From positions 10,416,001 through 10,480,000 of the forward strand of contig CP075492.1 in the NCBI GenBank assembly GCA_021613535.1: 64,000 bases of DNA, read 5' to 3'. Below, one piece after another: positions 63,369 through 64,000 of this stretch. Below the pieces are notes generated by a model that did no database searches, was not told where the DNA came from, and was given only the letters and a program-made list of their open reading frames with translations. Every line of letters begins with the position of its first letter. Positions within the stretch are counted from its first letter, which is position 1. The position numbers and the translations under genes were made by a program. This stretch comes from Adineta vaga. Lineage: Eukaryota; Animalia; Rotifera.

Positions 63369-64000
63369 TTAAATATGATCAAATGCTGGCAAATAGCTTG
63401 ATGGTCGTTGTAAGGATGCTGAACGAATATTGCGATCAGTTTTCATTTCCATACGATCGTCGCGTTCAATGGATGGTGTTCGATACCATCTATTCGATGC
63501 AACAGGCGGTCGAGAATGATGTTTCGTACTTGTCATTGAACGATTGTTCACAATGTTATACTAGAAAATAGAAATGATTGATAAAAAAAAACAAGAAGAG
63601 ATTTTCGAATAGAGTTTTATTACCTTTGCTTGATAAACGAATACATTTGTACATAGACGAGTAACAGCATTCATTAAATCTCGTGCTTCACATATGACTG
63701 TATCAACCTAAAGAAGACAGAAGATCGTTTCATTTAAACAAATCATTGTTTATTGAAGTATTTCTACTTTAGCAAATGTGGAATTCTTTCCTATTACAGG
63801 AGTTTTTAATTTTAGTTTTAATTGATGACACATTAAAGGAATTTTTTCTAATTGAATTAACATTTCTTGTCGTATATTTTTATTTGGAATCTAAAATGAA
63901 AATAGTCAGATATTGATTTCGTTGATTGAAGAAATTACTTGATGAATAAATTCATGAATAATTGCAGATAAACGAGTGCCTTCTTCAACAAAATAATAGG
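63369..64000 (-). CDS. CTNNAL1: Alpha-catulin (vinculin family), 3' end only
   Basis: Spliced YYFVEEGTRL...FIHQ|IP...LEKIP..CHQLKLKIKTPVIGKNSTFAK|VDTVICEARDLMNAVTRL matches the alpha-catulin C-terminal domain. Confidence 0.8.

Noticed and set aside
1-64000. tRNA, rRNA, CRISPR arrays, autonomous transposase or RT genes
   Set aside because: None recognised by eye; small ncRNAs cannot be excluded without covariance-model searches.

Overview
AT-rich, gene-dense eukaryotic DNA with very short (about 50-60 nt) GT-AG introns. The architecture and gene families suggest a bdelloid rotifer (inference, not proven). I manually spliced about 19 genes: partial secreted protein, PLOD, hnRNP Q/R (SYNCRIP), a CARD-like + coiled-coil protein, a leucokinin-like precursor, SLAIN, ZFYVE1/DFCP1, RALGAPB, a Ly6/three-finger protein, an intronless 7TM receptor, a very divergent XRCC2-like gene, a DNAH5/8-type axonemal dynein heavy chain, a cystatin nested in a dynein intron, UROC1, an unassigned neuropeptide precursor, TINAGL1-like, arylamine N-acetyltransferase, UFL1 and the 3' end of alpha-catulin. 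A small island of MITE-like elements and a truncated Cys-rich gene fragment lies at 12.6-14.9 kb. Most notable: (1) the dynein jumps in frame, inside one exon, from the tail into mid-AAA2, so the linker, AAA1 and the AAA2 P-loop are absent; (2) the PSWAxV-amide neuropeptide precursor fits no family I know; (3) the PLOD glycosyltransferase active site looks dead while its hydroxylase site is intact; (4) the XRCC2-like gene has a degenerate Walker A and starts 65 bp after the dynein stop. All homology calls are from remembered motifs; no searches were run.
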